DNA of 64,000 nt from Candidatus Avelusimicrobium gallicola (GTDB taxonomy: Bacteria; Elusimicrobiota; Elusimicrobia; Elusimicrobiales; Elusimicrobiaceae), in NCBI GenBank assembly GCA_015062115.1, contig SUVG01000003.1:97672-161671 (forward strand), read 5' to 3'. Below are positions 61,188 through 64,000 of the stretch, in pieces. Both the position numbers and the translations under genes were made by a program. The notes beneath the pieces were generated by a model that saw nothing but the letters and a program-made list of their open reading frames with translations, did not search any database and was not told the DNA's origin. Numbering within the stretch: the first letter of the stretch is position 1; each line of letters opens with the position of its first letter.

Positions 61188-62231
61188 TTATTTACCGCCT
61201 GCGCGTTTAATATCAGCGGCTAATTGTTCGGCATCTTCTTGGCGGGTAGCCCAACTGCTGCAGATGCGGACAATGGTGCGGTTTTTATCTGCCGCGCCGA
61301 AGTGAGCAAAAGCGTATTGCACTTCCAATTTTTTTAGGGCTTCGTTCGGCAGGAGGAAAAATTGCTGATTGGTGGGGGAATCGTTTAACGGTTCCCACCC
61401 GGCATCTAAACAGGCCTTGCGGATAAACAGGGCCGTTTCGTTGGCATGTTTAGCTAAAGAAAAATACAGGCCGTTTTCAAAAAGGGCTAAAAACTGTAAT
61501 CCCAGCACTCTGCCTTTGGCAAGCATTGCACCTTTCTGTTTCATAAAATAACGGAAATCTTTTTGGAGTTTCGGGTTGGGAATAACCACCGCTTCCCCTA
61601 AAAGAGCCCCTAATTTGGTGCCGCCGATATAAAAGGCATCGCAACAGGCGGCAATATCGGCAAGAGAAAGGTCGTTCTGTGGGGAGGCTAAACCGTAGCC
61701 TAAGCGGGCCCCGTCTATAAACAGGTAAAGGTTATTGGCATCGCAAACGCGGCGAATAGCGGAAAGTTCTGCTTTGGAATAGAGCGTTCCGTATTCCGTG
61801 GGGAAAGAAAGGTACACCAGTTTCGGTTGGGGGGCAAATTCGGGGTTGTCGTCCTGCCAATGTTCTTGGCAAAGGCGATCGATTTGTTCGGCAGTAATTT
61901 TGCCGTCTTTGGCCGGCGCGGTAAGCACGCGGTGCCCGGTGGCTTCGATGGCCCCGGTTTCATGCACATTGATATGGCCCGAATCTGCCGAAATAACGCA
62001 TTGATACGGGCGCAACATCGCCGCGATAACGGTTAAATTGGTTTGGGTTCCTCCGCACAAAAAGTGAACTTCGCTTTGCGGGGCCGCGCAGAGGTTTTTG
62101 ATTAACTCCGCCGCTTGATGGCAAAAAATATCTTGCCCGTAGCCGGGGGCTTGTTCCAAATTGGTTTGAGCCAACTTTTCTAAAATGGAAGGGTGTGCGC
62201 CTTCGCTGTAATCGCAATTAAATCGAATCAT
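61188..62231 (-). CDS. Threonine aldolase-family PLP enzyme (low-specificity L-threonine aldolase-like)
   Basis: Shows [28 protein letters not shown] and YIGGTKLG (PLP Lys context). Confidence 0.65.
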   Translation of the reverse strand: MIRFNCDYSEGAHPSILEKLAQTNLEQAPGYGQDIFCHQAAELIKNLCAAPQSEVHFLCGGTQTNLTVIAAMLRPYQCVISADSGHINVHETGAIEATGHRVLTAPAKDGKITAEQIDRLCQEHWQDDNPEFAPQPKLVYLSFPTEYGTLYSKAELSAIRRVCDANNLYLFIDGARLGYGLASPQNDLSLADIAACCDAFYIGGTKLGALLGEAVVIPNPKLQKDFRYFMKQKGAMLAKGRVLGLQFLALFENGLYFSLAKHANETALFIRKACLDAGWEPLNDSPTNQQFFLLPNEALKKLEVQYAFAHFGAADKNRTIVRICSSWATRQEDAEQLAADIKRAGGK

Positions 62232-62304
62232 AGAAACCTCGCTTGCAAGGTAGTGTTATCCCTATTATAACTTTTTAAGTCTTTTTTCGTCCTAAATGTT
62301 GGAG

Positions 62305-63765
62305 TTAAAAAAGGGAGTTTTTTTCTTGGTCTAAAAGAGGGGCGGAGGGCTCTTCTTTCAGGCGGTTTTTCAAGGTTTTTTCGTGTTTAACGGAAAGATT
62401 TTCCAAATTAACAGCCGATTTGATGATGCCTTTTTGTCCCGTTAAAGTGGTTTCCGCGTCTTGATATGCCCCTTGGAGTTTGGCAATTCTGTCGCGGATA
62501 TCGTCCATTTTTTTAGTAAACAAATCTACCCGGTGGTGCATTTCGCTCCCCACTTTCAAGATTTCGTCCAACATTTGGTTGGTTTTTTCCATGCGCCACA
62601 GTTGTTCTACAATTTGCATCACCGCAAACAGGTTCGACGCCGTAACAAGCGCAATGCTTTTGTTTTTGGCGTAGGTGTTTAAGGTCGGGTCTTTTTGTAA
62701 AGCCATAAAAAAAGCATGTTCGTTAGGAATAAACATAAACACAAAATCTAACCCGTTTTTGTGGAGTAAAGTTTTGTAGTTTTTACCGGAGAGATTATCA
62801 ATATTGGCTTTAATGGCTGTTACCAAATCTTTCAGGTGTTGTTCTTTTTCTGCTTCATCGGTGGCAGTAGCCCAACGGGTGTAACTGTTGAGGGTCATTT
62901 TGGAATCAATTACAAAATGACGATTATTAGGTAAATGAATCACAAAATCGGGCAGTTGGCGGGTGTTGTCTTCCGTTTTGAAAAACACTTGTTTATCGTA
63001 ATCTTCCCCTTCTTTTAATCCTGCGGACGCAAGGACATTTTCCAAAATAAGTTCTCCCCAGCAACCTTGTTGTTTGGGGCTTTTCAGGGCCGTGGCCAGG
63101 TCGGCTGCTTCTTTGGAAAGATTTTCGTTTAATTCAATGGTTTTATTGAGTACATTTTGTAAATCGCCGTGTCGGGTGGCGCTTTCGGTGCGGAAATCTC
63201 CCAACTGTTTGGTAAACTCCACCATTTTTTCTTTAATGGGGCTGAAAATATCGGCGTTTTTGGTAACGAGTTCATTGCGTTGTTCTTTCAAGGATTCGGC
63301 GGCAAGTTGCTTGAAGGCTGCTTGGGATTTTTCTTGTAATGCGGCAAATTTACTTTCTTGTTCCTGCATAAGTTTGCTGATATTTTCTTTATGTTCGGCC
63401 TGCATTTTTTCCAAAGCATCTTTGCGTTCGGTTACTTTTACTTTTTCCTGTTCGGCTTGCTGAAGGGCGGATTGGGTGTTCTCCAGTTTTTGTTGAAGAG
63501 AAACAATTTCTTTTTTTTGTTCGTCGGTAGTTTTTTCCAATTCGGCAACGCGCCCGACGGCTTGCTGGCTGGCAATAAGCGAGTGTTGCGTTTCTTGTAA
63601 TTTGGCAGAGAGTTCTTTGTTCTCGGCGGAAAGTTCTTCAAATTTTTTAAGTTTGAAGGAATCTTCCGGCTTGGCAGACGGTTTAAGAAACCAAACGGCT
63701 AATCCGGCAAGAACTCCACCGGCAAGAGTGGCTAAAATAACGGAAAGAAAAAAAGTAGTATTCAT
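62305..63765 (-). CDS. rmuC: DNA recombination protein RmuC
   Basis: It has an N-terminal TM segment, a long coiled coil, and a C-terminal RmuC nuclease-like region (PDFVIHLPNNRHFVIDSKMTLNSY, DFVFMFIPNE). Confidence 0.88.
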   Translation of the reverse strand: MNTTFFLSVILATLAGGVLAGLAVWFLKPSAKPEDSFKLKKFEELSAENKELSAKLQETQHSLIASQQAVGRVAELEKTTDEQKKEIVSLQQKLENTQSALQQAEQEKVKVTERKDALEKMQAEHKENISKLMQEQESKFAALQEKSQAAFKQLAAESLKEQRNELVTKNADIFSPIKEKMVEFTKQLGDFRTESATRHGDLQNVLNKTIELNENLSKEAADLATALKSPKQQGCWGELILENVLASAGLKEGEDYDKQVFFKTEDNTRQLPDFVIHLPNNRHFVIDSKMTLNSYTRWATATDEAEKEQHLKDLVTAIKANIDNLSGKNYKTLLHKNGLDFVFMFIPNEHAFFMALQKDPTLNTYAKNKSIALVTASNLFAVMQIVEQLWRMEKTNQMLDEILKVGSEMHHRVDLFTKKMDDIRDRIAKLQGAYQDAETTLTGQKGIIKSAVNLENLSVKHEKTLKNRLKEEPSAPLLDQEKNSLF

Positions 63766-63833
63766 AAAAGTCTCCTTGTTTCTTTATTAAAGCAAAAAGG
63801 CAAAAGAGTTTACAAATGGGTTTATCATAAAAT

Positions 63834-63858
63834 AAAAAACACCCTTTCGGGTGTTTTT
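63834..63858. terminator. Bidirectional rho-independent terminator
   Basis: AAAAAA-CACCC-TTTC-GGGTG-TTTTT. Confidence 0.75.
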
Positions 63859-63903
63859 AAATGGTGCCCAGTATAGAGTTTGCCTTCCGGTCATTTTGCT
63901 AAC

Positions 63904-64000
63904 TCAAAATGCCTGCAGGCCGGACTCGCGGTTTTTGCCTTTCGCCGTAAGGAACCATATTATCGGCTCAAACAAAAACATCGCTCCGTCTTTCAAATCC
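63904..64000 (-). CDS. 3' end of an unidentified CDS entering from beyond the window
   Basis: The minus-strand frame is open to the window edge: ...DLKDGAMFLFEPIIWFLTAKGKNRESGLQAF*. A terminator lies about 50 nt downstream. With only 31 codons, no family call is possible. Confidence 0.3.
   Translation of the reverse strand, partial: DLKDGAMFLFEPIIWFLTAKGKNRESGLQAF

Noticed and set aside
63860-64000. A possible structured RNA (tmRNA, SRP or RNase P) on the minus strand, suggested by ...CTGGGCACCA and ACCGGAAGGCAA.
   Set aside because: There is no tRNA-like T-arm before the ACCA. The SRP GGAAGCAGC core and the RNase P GAAAGUCCGGGC core are both absent. The region reads as the open 3' end of a protein gene followed by a terminator.
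1-64000. A scan for CRISPR arrays, rRNA genes, IS elements/transposases, integrases and prophage structural genes.
   Set aside because: I saw no regularly spaced direct repeats, no rRNA-like conserved blocks, and no ORF with transposase, integrase or capsid-type motifs. The only repeats are the dnaJ-tail/24-mer pair, the tRNA-Thr pair, and the pilin N-terminal coding segments.

Overview
This is a bacterial chromosomal window, almost fully coding and dominated by core housekeeping genes. In order it holds: rarA (partial) and zapA; pheS-pheT; a dapA-asd-dapB-murC operon; sppA; and the classic tRNA(Gly-Thr-Thr)-tuf-rpmG-tRNA(Trp)-secE-nusG-rplK-rplA block. It continues with obg; rpmA-rplU; dnaJ; a translationally coupled secA-X-lnt-prfB-hemW-cofE-like-mscL string; mnmA; and a glcD/E-fusion plus glcF-like flavoprotein operon ending in a GAF/HD-GYP gene. 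The last part holds an 8.5-kb gap-free hpf-hprK-rapZ-EIIA/B/C/D(Man)-ptsH-ptsI-lepA operon; smc; a 1019-aa autotransporter; nfo; a threonine-aldolase-like gene; and rmuC. I can support six tRNAs (Cys, Gly, Thr x2, Trp, Ala) and one ORF-track-invisible ribosomal protein gene (rpmG). Three intact and one fragmentary stand-alone type IV pilin-like genes share near-identical N-termini, which suggests an Elusimicrobia-type genome (inference only). No CRISPR array, rRNA, transposase or integrase was seen. The most unusual region lies directly after dnaJ: the dnaJ 3' end plus a 24-mer is duplicated around a 1.3-kb A+T-rich insert. The two copies are identical in protein but differ at synonymous sites. 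The insert carries an RHH-domain frame with no start codon, three tandem two-TM mini-proteins, and a pilin fragment fused to the displaced dnaJ tail. Second, the rplKA-rplJL-rpoBC synteny is broken after rplA by a YrbL kinase-like gene and a secreted trypsin-fold protease. Other leads are candidate leaderless mRNAs, an orphan promoter-terminator unit (candidate sRNA), a 74-aa internally repeated protein, and several domain-architecture oddities. All coordinates for starts, hairpins and motifs were derived by eye from the printed sequence. No composition statistics or database searches were run.
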